Positions 1-9,347 of a DNA stretch of 64,000 bases are shown one piece after another. The number at the start of each line of letters is the position of its first letter. The first letter of the stretch is position 1. Origin of the DNA: a virus; the IMG/VR virus record IMGVR_UViG_3300032770_000003, positions 64,001-128,000 of that record; one strand, written 5' to 3'. The translations under genes were made by a program, and so were the position numbers. The notes under the pieces were generated by a model that was not told the DNA's origin, did not search any database, and saw only the letters and a program-made list of their open reading frames with translations.

Positions 1-448
1 GGTCGCGTGTCTTTATAGCCAGACCAGTCGGCACCAGTGTCGAACCAGCTGCTGCATCGACGTAACCGGTATTCGAATCATTGCCACCGTCGTAGTCGAG
101 TAGAAAGTAACGAACTAGCGTCGATGACCAAGTGGCCAACATGTTTGTCGTAATCGGACTGGCTAGTGTACCGGTTCCGCTAATTGGAAATGCAGTGTGT
201 TGAGAAGTGTCGCAAGCAAGCGGAGAAGCGACACTACCGGCTCCAGACAACGGGCTATTGACAGTGAGAGAAACCCGTAACGGATCACCACTGGTTCCTG
301 CACCGAAAACAGGATCGTGTTCACTTAGGCCAAGCCCAATCGGTGAAGCGATGCTGCCGTTACCGGTGACAGGATCTGTGGTGTTTACAGTACCACTACC
401 GCCGCTACCACCCCCGTATGTGCTGGTGCTGTATTTCTGTGATGGCAT
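1..448 (-). CDS. Tail fibre/virion protein, partial (runs off window start)
   Basis: Read by hand, not in the ORF track. ATG at 448 is open to the window edge: MPSQKYSTSTYGGGSGG..., with repeated P-x-(T/S)-G-x-G-(S/T)-x-A-S-P units and a DYDGGNDSNTG...AIKT motif typical of beta-helix fibre N-termini. Confidence 0.6.
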   Translation of the reverse strand, partial: MPSQKYSTSTYGGGSGGSGTVNTTDPVTGNGSIASPIGLGLSEHDPVFGAGTSGDPLRVSLTVNSPLSGAGSVASPLACDTSQHTAFPISGTGTLASPITTNMLATWSSTLVRYFLLDYDGGNDSNTGYVDAAAGSTLVPTGLAIKTRD

Positions 449-451
449 TTT

Positions 452-874
452 TTAGCCTGAGACTGAGGTCGATTCTTCGACGTACAGCTGAAGAGTGACA
501 GCGCTACCCAGAGTCCCGCCGATGGCGGTGACTTGAACGAAGAGATCACCTTTGAGCGTCGACTCGAACATGCGGCACACTGCTGCCGAAGTCTCAGGAT
601 CAATACTCACCCATGCGTCTCGGCCCAGAGCTGCAGAGGCGCCGGTGTCACGGACCCATGAAGTGAAATTCACAGTCACCGTTTGAACATCCGCATTGCT
701 GCCATCTATTGCACGAAAATAGATACGATGTCCCTCGACCACGCCGCTCCCGAGCGCATCGCCAGCTTGCCCGGTCATGACGTGAACATTTCCAGCCGAT
801 GGCTGGCTGGCATTTGGATCAAGGTCCGCGGAGAAACCGGAGATTGTGATTGAGCGAGCAAGAACACAACGCAT
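452..874 (-). CDS. Hypothetical protein, probably virion structural
   Basis: 140-aa ORF packed tightly between neighbours; beta-rich composition. Confidence 0.6.
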   Translation of the reverse strand: MRCVLARSITISGFSADLDPNASQPSAGNVHVMTGQAGDALGSGVVEGHRIYFRAIDGSNADVQTVTVNFTSWVRDTGASAALGRDAWVSIDPETSAAVCRMFESTLKGDLFVQVTAIGGTLGSAVTLQLYVEESTSVSG

Positions 875-877
875 GGG

Positions 878-1141
878 TCACCCCTCAAACAGCAATGCAG
901 CGTAGGTGGTGGTATCAACGGATGTCTGCACTACGAAGCTGTAGTACAGCGCATAGACGTCGAGCGACTCTCCCACTGGGATTGGGAAATAATGCTGACC
1001 ACCGTCAAAGGAGACTTGTAATTGATTGTCTCCAGAGTTGAACAGGATCAGACGCTGACCAAGTCCTCGGAGTACCGCAACGGTCGAAGGCATCGTCGTG
1101 GCAGTGCCATTGACGTGCCGTGGGCGCATCACTGGTAGCAT
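878..1141 (-). CDS. Small virion protein, paralog of 38206..38484
   Basis: ATG at 1141 with AGGAG RBS; shares MR..HVNGT, N.GD, SFDGG and TTY.AL.FEG with the 92-aa protein at 38206..38484. Confidence 0.7.
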   Translation of the reverse strand: MLPVMRPRHVNGTATTMPSTVAVLRGLGQRLILFNSGDNQLQVSFDGGQHYFPIPVGESLDVYALYYSFVVQTSVDTTTYAALLFEG

Positions 1142-1235
1142 GTCGGATTCTCCTGTTAGGGTATTAACACCCAGCAGCATACCACCAGCCTGATGGCTCA
1201 GCGGGTATGGTGGCACGTCCCTGTGGAGCCTAACA

Positions 1236-1256
1236 TTCCTCTCGAACTGAGAGGAA
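1236..1256. promoter_or_regulatory. Palindrome TTCCTCTC-N5-GAGAGGAA (operator or hairpin)
   Basis: 8-bp inverted repeat in the intergenic region; near-identical inverted copy at 44949..44975. Confidence 0.45.
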
Positions 1257-1279
1257 CACAAAAAGTCAACGCACTACGG

Positions 1280-3745
1280 CTAGATGCCCACGCTGATCAC
1301 GAAGCAGGCTTCCGCCTTGTAGGTCTTGAGCCGCTCCAGCGAGTGCCTGAGCAGCCACTTGTGGGAGAAGTTGGCGAAGTCGTAGACCAAGAGCCGGTCC
1401 TTGCCTTTGTTCGCGCGTAGCCCGCGGCCGACACGCTGGAGGAGCCGGATCTTGGCCTTGCCTCCCGCACACAGGATCAGGACATCAATGTTCGGGACAT
1501 CGACCCCTTCATCGAGGATGGGGGTGGCGACGAGGATCGAGATCTTGTTCTTGGCGAACTGATCCAACACTTCGAGGCGCGTGCGCCCCCTGTCCGTTCC
1601 CGTCAGGTACGCCCAGGGCTTGTCGCTGTACTTCTTGAGCAGCGCCGCCAGCGCTGCTCCTTGCTTCGTCTTGTCCACCAGCATCAAAACCTGGTCACCC
1701 TTGCGGGCATGCTGGATCGCTTTGGTCGCTGCCTTGGTGTTCAGATGTGGGTTCTCGACGATCCCTAGCTTCTCCACCTCTCGAAAGGAGAGCCCGGACG
1801 GGATGATCGGGGCATGTACCTTCAACATCTCGACGTACGGGGGGACGGAGATGCCACGGTCCACCAGGAGCTTGTTGGAGACCTCGTAGAGCACGGGACC
1901 CGTCTGAGCCAGGAGCCGGAGGTCGGCGCCGTCTGACCTGTCCAGCGGCGTCCCTGACATGCCGAAGCGGTAGTAGGCAGGGATTTGGGACAAGACGTCG
2001 TAGTGCGTGTCGCTGGCCGCGTGGTGCGCCTCGTCAGACCACACGAGCTGCCAGCGCGGCAGCATGGCCTCCACCTCCGGGAGCTTGAGCCGGTTCGCGA
2101 GCGACGCTGGCGTAGCCACCGTGATCCAAGCACCCAGCCGGTACTCACTGTCCGCGATAAAACCGATGTCTTGCTCACGTATCCCAAGCCGTAAAGCGAA
2201 GCGGGCGACGGTTTGGTAGACCAGGGTCATGCGGTCGACCAAAAAGAGCGTGGGCAGCGCCAGGTGCTTGGTCACTGCGATCGCCACCTCGGTGTTGTGG
2301 GTTACTGTGAAATCACCCAACAAGAAGCGACCATCACCCTCCAGAGTGAAGCCAGCATAGGGCCCGAACCCCACGGGCTCCACACGAAAGCCAACATGCT
2401 GCCACTGCCTCTTCGGTCGCGCGTGCTTCCGTTTTAGGCGCAGAGGCAGCACTTTGGTGTCACCGATGAGAACCAGTTTCCAGTACGTGCGTGGCTTGCT
2501 CCACCATGCAAGACAAACTTTTTTGGCTCTGATCGAGGCACCGAATCCCAGTGATCGAGCTAGAAACGCTAGATCATCTACCCATGCCCGTTGTTTGAGG
2601 ACGAGTTCGATGTTGCACCCGTCGGAGTAACCATCACCATCGATGAAACCGGCGAGGAATGCTTCTCGTTCTTGTCGGGTACCTCGCAAGTACCGATCTG
2701 GCAGCCGCTCACCACTACCGTAGATGGTACGGAGCTTGTTCAATAAGCTGTGAGGATCCCCTGCGGTATTCTCTGTGATGAACGTACTACTGCAACGGTC
2801 CTCTGGACGTCTCACATGTGAGGATTGCCCAGCAGATAAAGCTACTTGTGCGATTGCATCCTGAATTTCTTTGTCAGGCTTTGTGATCTCTATTACTCCG
2901 AGATCTTTGCGCCCATCAGCGTACCAAATACCAAGAAGCCACGGGTCAACCGGAACAGGGTCTTCTGGCGCTTTGAACTCCACTCCCGCACGGACCAACC
3001 GACTCAACCGTCGACGATCCTTGGTCCAGCTCAAAAACTCGTCCAGAGACACGTCTACGACTGCTTCTGCCTTTGGGTCAAAGATGGTCAGGACATGTAC
3101 CGAGTTGCATTCGAAAGGCTCGCCAGCCCGCTTTGGTGTGACGCGATACATTTGTGCCGCACCGTCACAAGTGCTGGTCACGCGTCTCGGCTCGCTGTCC
3201 GGGCCCATCAAAAGGTCACCAACGCGGACCTGCGCGGCGCGAATGACGCGACCGTCGTAGAGGAGCACAGGCGTGTTCGGGTGCAGACACTTTCCACCGT
3301 TTGTCGCTATGCGTAATATGCCCTTGCGGCCCGCGACCAACGCTTTCGCTGCTTCCAGCTGGTAATCGAAAACGCCTTGGCCGAACTTGATGCCCTGCAG
3401 CTCGAAGCCTTTGTTCCCGATGGCTGGACGATGCGTTTCGTTGTCGTCGATGAGCTGGATGTTGCCTTTCGGGTCGTAGAGTCTTAGCTCCTCCAGGACG
3501 AGAGGAGCGAGCCCGGCTGGCATCGAGCTGTGCACCTGATCGAAGAGGTGCTTCTTGCCATCCCAGACCTTGCGCTTGTAGGCCGGGGAAAACATGAACC
3601 CGTCGACGTAGTACGACGTCGCCTTCCGCACAATCTGGAGGGGGAAGTCGCCACTGATGAATGCGCGGTGACCGCGAACCACGATCACACAGTTGGTCTG
3701 TCCGATCGGAACGTGACGCGGTTGTAGCTTGAGCGCGCTACTCAC
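1280..3745 (-). CDS. SF2 (DExH-type) DNA helicase containing an intein
   Basis: Walker A ATNGGK|T split by the intein, DEAHH, GMSGT, ILDEGVDVP and QRVGRGLR motifs. Confidence 0.93.
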   Translation of the reverse strand: MSSALKLQPRHVPIGQTNCVIVVRGHRAFISGDFPLQIVRKATSYYVDGFMFSPAYKRKVWDGKKHLFDQVHSSMPAGLAPLVLEELRLYDPKGNIQLIDDNETHRPAIGNKGFELQGIKFGQGVFDYQLEAAKALVAGRKGILRIATNGGKCLHPNTPVLLYDGRVIRAAQVRVGDLLMGPDSEPRRVTSTCDGAAQMYRVTPKRAGEPFECNSVHVLTIFDPKAEAVVDVSLDEFLSWTKDRRRLSRLVRAGVEFKAPEDPVPVDPWLLGIWYADGRKDLGVIEITKPDKEIQDAIAQVALSAGQSSHVRRPEDRCSSTFITENTAGDPHSLLNKLRTIYGSGERLPDRYLRGTRQEREAFLAGFIDGDGYSDGCNIELVLKQRAWVDDLAFLARSLGFGASIRAKKVCLAWWSKPRTYWKLVLIGDTKVLPLRLKRKHARPKRQWQHVGFRVEPVGFGPYAGFTLEGDGRFLLGDFTVTHNTEVAIAVTKHLALPTLFLVDRMTLVYQTVARFALRLGIREQDIGFIADSEYRLGAWITVATPASLANRLKLPEVEAMLPRWQLVWSDEAHHAASDTHYDVLSQIPAYYRFGMSGTPLDRSDGADLRLLAQTGPVLYEVSNKLLVDRGISVPPYVEMLKVHAPIIPSGLSFREVEKLGIVENPHLNTKAATKAIQHARKGDQVLMLVDKTKQGAALAALLKKYSDKPWAYLTGTDRGRTRLEVLDQFAKNKISILVATPILDEGVDVPNIDVLILCAGGKAKIRLLQRVGRGLRANKGKDRLLVYDFANFSHKWLLRHSLERLKTYKAEACFVISVGI
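2294..3289 (-). mobile_element. Intein with LAGLIDADG endonuclease (332 aa) in helicase Walker A
   Basis: Starts CLHPNT, ends VTHN followed by Thr; LAGLIDADG-type motifs LLGIWYADG and FLAGFIDGDG. Confidence 0.93.
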
Positions 3746-3754
3746 ACGCGGAGA

Positions 3755-4252
3755 CTACTGACTTTGCCCTTGACTAGTCAAGGTGAGGTTGTTGCCAATC
3801 GGATTTGCCTGCATGAAGACGCTGTCCGGGATCACCCACGAATAGACAACGCCTAGCTCTTTGAGCTTCTCCCACCCACTGCGGTTGAAGGTGATGAATC
3901 TCGGCTCATCCATGTTTCGTGTGAACACACCAGCTCGGTGGGAATCGGGCCGATCGCGGTAGCGAAAGTACAAAACCAGCACGTCGACGTCAGGGAAGAC
4001 ATCGAAGATGTACTTGGTCCGGAGCGCCAGCTTCTCCATGCAGCCGTTGTTTCGTGGACAGTGATCGTGCTGCAGACAGAAGAGCGGGTACAGTCGCTCG
4101 ACGTCTCCGATCAAGAACGAGCACTCCGGATAGAGCGCTTGCAGTTTCAGAAACAGTACAGCGCGACCGGAAGGTCCGGCGACCTTCAGCAACAAGACCT
4201 GACGTGGGTCCTCAGGGTTGGACTGGATGGCTTTCACAGCCCACCAAAGCAC
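3755..4252 (-). CDS. Hypothetical protein
   Basis: 165-aa ORF in operon orientation; start uncertain because it overlaps the upstream ORF. Confidence 0.6.
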   Translation of the reverse strand: MLWWAVKAIQSNPEDPRQVLLLKVAGPSGRAVLFLKLQALYPECSFLIGDVERLYPLFCLQHDHCPRNNGCMEKLALRTKYIFDVFPDVDVLVLYFRYRDRPDSHRAGVFTRNMDEPRFITFNRSGWEKLKELGVVYSWVIPDSVFMQANPIGNNLTLTSQGQSQ

Positions 4253-4682
4253 CGCCGATCAGGTGGTCTTGGTAAAAGATCGCATTGAGGAGGTTGCGAT
4301 AGACCGCGGTCGGACGCAGGTCGTAGAAAGCAGGTCGGGTACTGAGGACACGGTCGACCTTGGTGAAGTGGGCCTTGAACCGAAGGCGGGTGGGCGTGCT
4401 CATGGCTGTGCCGTCGATCGTCGTCAGGGCCCCCACCACTGTCACGTCGTAGCAGGCACCCAGCGTCGGCTTGCTGATGACCAGAAAGCAACTTGTCGTG
4501 CTGATCTCTTGCCCGGAGCGGACTGCCTTGACCGTGACCGCTTGACCGGTGTCATCCGGTGCACTGACGACTGTGTATGAGGCAGGATCCTGCAAGACAG
4601 AGTCGTTGCGCATGAGATCCACGAAGACGACTTCGATCAGGTCCGTCGCCCACTCGTTCACTGCTGAGAGCGCCCCGATCAT
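4212..4682 (-). CDS. Putative virion protein (Ig-like N-terminus)
   Basis: 156 aa, ATGA-coupled to the upstream gene, beta-rich pattern. Confidence 0.6.
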   Translation of the reverse strand: MIGALSAVNEWATDLIEVVFVDLMRNDSVLQDPASYTVVSAPDDTGQAVTVKAVRSGQEISTTSCFLVISKPTLGACYDVTVVGALTTIDGTAMSTPTRLRFKAHFTKVDRVLSTRPAFYDLRPTAVYRNLLNAIFYQDHLIGGALVGCESHPVQP

Positions 4683-4927
4683 TTGGACGAAGCCATCTGC
4701 GCTCTGATGGCCTGCAGCTTGGCGAGCAGCTCATCATGCTGAGCGTTTTGCTGTTCTCTCGACGCCTGGACGCGGGCGATGCGCTTGTCCAGCTCCGCGA
4801 TGGACATGTACTCACGGAGGACCGGTGCCGGTGCCGTCGTGATGATCTCGAACAGCTTCTCGTCTGGCTTGCGCCCCAGCTTGCGCAAGCCAGCTGGTGC
4901 TGGTTGAACCTTGATGTCGTCTGACAT
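4679..4927 (-). CDS. Small coiled-coil protein, possible fibre chaperone
   Basis: 82 aa, GAGGGG RBS, heptad-like C-terminus, directly after the tailspike gene. Confidence 0.6.
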   Translation of the reverse strand: MSDDIKVQPAPAGLRKLGRKPDEKLFEIITTAPAPVLREYMSIAELDKRIARVQASREQQNAQHDELLAKLQAIRAQMASSK

Positions 4928-4942
4928 GGCAGCCCCTCTCTT

Positions 4943-7900
4943 TTAGGTCACTCGAATGTTGAGTCCGATCGAACCGAAGACACCTGGAACGCTCGGCGGC
5001 ATGGAACTTGTGTCGACGTTGTCGTAGGCCCGACACAGCTCCACAGCTTCGATGCCAGCGGTTTTGATCGGGTATCCCGTTCCGCCACCAGCGGTCTTCA
5101 GCACGAACATGTTGCCTACGGCGTACGCGAACATCGAGGTTGCACCGAACCAACAGCAGCTTGAGTTCGCAGCACCACCAGTATTCCCTGCCTGCAGGGT
5201 ATTGCCAGTGACAGCGACATAGGTGCTGAGTGTATCCTGGAGATCGAGTGACGCTGAACTGGCGTCGTTGGTGTAGATGTTGGCGATGTTGCCGTTGATT
5301 GCGATATTGTACGAAGTAGCGACTTTGATCCCTGTCGAGGTCCCCGTTGTCGGTGTGATGTCTACGACGTTGCTGCCAATCGTCACGTGCTGGCACGAGA
5401 TGATCGAGATACCGGTCGAGTTGATTCCTGAGGTCAGCACGTTTCCGGTGATCGCTACTCTCTGCACAGGCTCACTGGTTGACGGGCCACTCACTTTGAT
5501 TCCGGTGGTAGCGAATCCTGTCACGACGTTATTGCCGATGACGAGACGACCACCTAACCCTGCTACGCTTCGTGCGTACTGGCACGTAATGCCGTTTGTG
5601 GTACCTGCGAGCGCAACCACGCTGTTACCGACGATCGTCAGGTTGTAGATCTGAGGAGCATCAGTCGTCGTGTCTGTGTCGCTGACAAAGATGCCTGTAC
5701 TGTCTGTCTGCAATTCGATCGTGTTGTTTGCGACAGTCACGATTCCGGGGAGATCGAGGAGACGGATACCAGCGTTCCCCAGTGAGTGTGGATAGATGAA
5801 CCGCAATGTGTTTCCCGTTATGCTGTATCCGTTGTGTTGAGCACCCGGATTTGCCACCGTCTTGAGGATATCGATACCGGCGCCCGATCCAGCGATTGCT
5901 GCGTTGCCGATACCGTCGAGGGTGTTGCCTTGAACAACGACCCCATCACTCTCCGACACGCGGATGCCCGCCCACGTGCTCGCTGAGCCTGATGCGCCAA
6001 CGGAGATGATATGGTTGTTCACGATTCGTGAGTTCGTCAGGTTGGTCACAACGACACCGTATTCTGTCGTCGGTGCCAGAACACTCTGAATGTCGTTCTG
6101 GGCAATCAGAACTCCATACGCACTACCTGGTGTTGTGTCTTGGAGGCTGATCGCAGCCGCGTTCACACGCGAACCACCAGATCCGCTGCCAACGTTGTTG
6201 AACGAGTTACCACGGATCAGCAGGCTGTTGATGCTGACGGTGCCGCCTTCGTTCACTGCCCAGATGGGATAGATGTTGGCTGTGTTTCCGTTGAAGTCGT
6301 TGAAGACGTTTGCTTCGACGGTCACAGAGGTAAGGCTGCACGTGCCACCGAACAGAATACCACCACGTCCGAAGCCGCTGCCACCGGTGGTGTTCAGGAA
6401 GTGGTTGCCACGCACGTTCACATGCACCATCGTGCCGGTCAGATGGATGACGTCGTCGACATCCCAGAAATCGTTGTTGTCGATGTGGAGACGCAGAGGA
6501 GCGATAGCGCTTATCGCTACCGAATCCTGCCCGCCTGCATAGGACCCGACCTGGACGAACATGTTGCCGGTGATCAAGACATCGGTTGAGCCGGTTCCTA
6601 GATCGATCCCGGTATGGTTGTTCGCGTTCCACTGAAGAAAGCAGGTATCGACGGTCACCGTCGCGCAGTTGAGCAAGCTCAAGCAGTTGCCACTGCCCAA
6701 GAACTGACAAGCACGGAACACCTCCAGCCCAGCACCACTGTCACGCAGAGTCCCCTTGTCTGTACCAGATGAGCCGAAACTGCAGTTGTCGTAAATCACC
6801 CCATTCGTACTACCAACGTCGACAAGCCAATCCACCGCCGTCGCGTTTTGCAGGCCAAAGACACAGTTCTGAAACACGGTCTGACCGATGCTTGGCGAGC
6901 TGATGCAGCGGCTTGTGTGGTCGGCTGCCTCCACCTTGAATGAGCAGTTGGTGAAGGTGGTCATGGTCAAGTCAGCCGTGACGAGATTCGGAGTACCGTA
7001 GAAATTGCACGCGGTGATCACCCCACCATCCAGAGTCCCAGCCAACCCCGCGAGGTCGCAGTTCTGTGCCACCAACTTGCCGCCGCTGCTGAATGCCAAC
7101 GCTTGATTGACAGAACCAGTTGTCTTCAGGACAGAGATGGCCTGCAACCGCAGAGTGCCACTGCCGATGGTGACGAACGGCGCCGCTCCGGTCAGCTGAA
7201 TCTTGGTTTGGCTTGGCCCGTCTCCTATGATCGTGCAGTCACCTGCAAGGGTCAGCTGCTGACTGATGTTGTAGGTACCGGCCTTGATGTAGATGGTTCC
7301 CGACTGGCCCGGCAAGAGCTGCATATAGTCGAGAGCCGCCACCATGACGTCGAACAGGTCAGTTCCACCTGCGGCCACGATCTGAGCGAGGTTGAAGTCA
7401 CCCCAGGTCGTGACACCATCCCCGATGCTGACGGTGTTGGTGCGCGCCCCCAGCAGGCCGCCTGCCGAGTCGTAGTAGTTGTTGCGGGTGTCCAGGTTCT
7501 GATACGGCGGTCCGTTGTTCCCCAGCGTGTCCGCGCTCCAGTTCCCGAACTTCATCTCCTGAAGCTGCGCCGCCAAGAAGTCGACGTGCTGCTTTAGCTT
7601 GACGATCTGCTCGTCACTGCGTGCGCGATCCGCATCCGTGGCGGGCCCGTTCGTCGGGTCAAGGTTGACGAGGTGCCCGCGATCGACGCTCGCTTGGAAG
7701 AAGCGAGGTCGCGCATCAGACGTCGCCGTTCCGGCTGTCAGCGGTCCCTCCGGTACGAACTGCGTCGGGGTAGCCCCTGCGACGATGACCCGAGAGCCAG
7801 CGGGATGCGTGTGGACGGGTGTCGAACCCAGCGTCAGGATGTTGTTGGTTCGGTCGTTCCCGTTGATCGTGATGTCTTCCTGCGTACCCAGGCCAGGGTC

Positions 7901-8578
7901 GAAGCGCAGGGTGAAGCTGTCGAGCATCTCACGCGTGTTGAACAGAGCCGCTGTGGTGGACGACGGGCTGACCACCTTCTGCAAGACTCCTGTCAGTGCA
8001 GCGGCTGTGACAGCTACGATCGTACCGCCCCCACCGCCTGCGACGTGAATACGAGCTACTGGAATCTTGGTGGAGTTGGGATTCGTGTCGATCTCGAAGC
8101 CAGTGGTAGAGACTGGCGTGATGATCTGCCAGTCCGGTGTCAGCCGCGTAGCAACGTTCTCGGTGAACTCACGGCCCTTCGGTCGGGGATCGCCTGATGG
8201 ATCGGTGCCGTTGTCGAAGGTCGGATCCCAGAAAGCACGTGCATCAGTGTCCGAAGCTGTCTCCACATACTGAACCTCCAGATAGAAGGTTCCGGTGGTG
8301 GGTAAGGTGATGGATCGCTGAGCGTCAAGGTCATCCTCGTTGCTCACCACCTGTCCGTCGCGATCGAAGGCAACCGCGTTGTGTACCGTCAGGACACGAG
8401 GGAACGACCCCTGATCAGCGATCGCTACCCGGAAGCCGTTGAGCACAGCGGGGTAGTTGTCGAGAATGAATTGCTGGAGTAGCTGTTCCTGATCTCCCTG
8501 CGACAGACCTTGCGTCTGTTGTGTGAAATCTGGAATGTCGATTCGCTCGTTCGGGAGAATGTTTACTGGTTTCGGCAT
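4943..8578 (-). CDS. Tailspike/tail fibre with right-handed parallel beta-helix (pectin-lyase-like), candidate depolymerase
   Basis: 1211 aa; GTIYIKAGTY and IIGDGPSQTKI beta-helix entry motifs; many I.GN.F/I repeats. Confidence 0.85.
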   Translation of the reverse strand: MPKPVNILPNERIDIPDFTQQTQGLSQGDQEQLLQQFILDNYPAVLNGFRVAIADQGSFPRVLTVHNAVAFDRDGQVVSNEDDLDAQRSITLPTTGTFYLEVQYVETASDTDARAFWDPTFDNGTDPSGDPRPKGREFTENVATRLTPDWQIITPVSTTGFEIDTNPNSTKIPVARIHVAGGGGGTIVAVTAAALTGVLQKVVSPSSTTAALFNTREMLDSFTLRFDPGLGTQEDITINGNDRTNNILTLGSTPVHTHPAGSRVIVAGATPTQFVPEGPLTAGTATSDARPRFFQASVDRGHLVNLDPTNGPATDADRARSDEQIVKLKQHVDFLAAQLQEMKFGNWSADTLGNNGPPYQNLDTRNNYYDSAGGLLGARTNTVSIGDGVTTWGDFNLAQIVAAGGTDLFDVMVAALDYMQLLPGQSGTIYIKAGTYNISQQLTLAGDCTIIGDGPSQTKIQLTGAAPFVTIGSGTLRLQAISVLKTTGSVNQALAFSSGGKLVAQNCDLAGLAGTLDGGVITACNFYGTPNLVTADLTMTTFTNCSFKVEAADHTSRCISSPSIGQTVFQNCVFGLQNATAVDWLVDVGSTNGVIYDNCSFGSSGTDKGTLRDSGAGLEVFRACQFLGSGNCLSLLNCATVTVDTCFLQWNANNHTGIDLGTGSTDVLITGNMFVQVGSYAGGQDSVAISAIAPLRLHIDNNDFWDVDDVIHLTGTMVHVNVRGNHFLNTTGGSGFGRGGILFGGTCSLTSVTVEANVFNDFNGNTANIYPIWAVNEGGTVSINSLLIRGNSFNNVGSGSGGSRVNAAAISLQDTTPGSAYGVLIAQNDIQSVLAPTTEYGVVVTNLTNSRIVNNHIISVGASGSASTWAGIRVSESDGVVVQGNTLDGIGNAAIAGSGAGIDILKTVANPGAQHNGYSITGNTLRFIYPHSLGNAGIRLLDLPGIVTVANNTIELQTDSTGIFVSDTDTTTDAPQIYNLTIVGNSVVALAGTTNGITCQYARSVAGLGGRLVIGNNVVTGFATTGIKVSGPSTSEPVQRVAITGNVLTSGINSTGISIISCQHVTIGSNVVDITPTTGTSTGIKVATSYNIAINGNIANIYTNDASSASLDLQDTLSTYVAVTGNTLQAGNTGGAANSSCCWFGATSMFAYAVGNMFVLKTAGGGTGYPIKTAGIEAVELCRAYDNVDTSSMPPSVPGVFGSIGLNIRVT

Positions 8579-8588
8579 GACTTTCCTC

Positions 8589-9347
8589 TCAGTACAGCAT
8601 CCAAAAGAAATTCGCGACCGAGAACGCGTCGGTGCATGTGTAGAGCAGCTTCAGTCGCGTGAGCCCGGTCAAGGACACGAATCCCGCTTCGACCACAAAC
8701 GGTGTCTGCGGAGATGTGATCGGCGCCAAGGTTGTCACGAGTGTTCCATCCGCTCCGGTCACGGTGCCACCTGTGCGCACCTGAATCGTGACTGATCCTG
8801 GACCTGTGATGACGCCGCCGATGCGCAAGCGTCGAGGCGTACCGATCACGGCTTCGTCTACAATGATTCCAGCTATGTAGGTTGGTGTAAGAGTCGTGGA
8901 CAACGCACTCGGCAGTGTTCCATTGAAACTCAGGAGGAGAGCTGGCTTCCCTGGTCTTACGGTTCCTCCCACTGGATAAATGAACAGACTGGGTCGCTGC
9001 GCGAACGCCGTCTGACCGGTGAGCTTTACGAGCTGTATACCGGTCCAGATGTTGGTGATGGTCTGACTGACGGCGAAAAACTGGAACCCACCACTCGTAC
9101 TGTACGTCTGATCTAGGGTGACGGTGCCATCTACCGTGTTGTAGGTACCACCGATCCTCAATCTGATTCTTCCCGACTGCGCACCATTGCCACAGTTGCC
9201 AGCGAATAGCACAACGAACTGTGCGGGCAACTTGTCGAAGTCAACCCAGTAGCCTTCGTAGGCGTTTCCTAGGTCTTCCGGACCAGCGGTTGCGTTCCAT
9301 TGGTTGTTCGATAGGCGAAACAGTTCAAACGCCATCGTATCCATCAC
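8589..9347 (-). CDS. Tail/baseplate protein
   Basis: 252 aa, coupled to the baseplate gene; internal repeat R.GG...T..DGT. Confidence 0.65.
   Translation of the reverse strand: MMDTMAFELFRLSNNQWNATAGPEDLGNAYEGYWVDFDKLPAQFVVLFAGNCGNGAQSGRIRLRIGGTYNTVDGTVTLDQTYSTSGGFQFFAVSQTITNIWTGIQLVKLTGQTAFAQRPSLFIYPVGGTVRPGKPALLLSFNGTLPSALSTTLTPTYIAGIIVDEAVIGTPRRLRIGGVITGPGSVTIQVRTGGTVTGADGTLVTTLAPITSPQTPFVVEAGFVSLTGLTRLKLLYTCTDAFSVANFFWMLY

Noticed and set aside
2846-3316. + strand ORFs inside the helicase intein (checked for a second antisense nuclease)
   Set aside because: No nuclease or HTH pattern, and this intein already has an in-frame LAGLIDADG domain.
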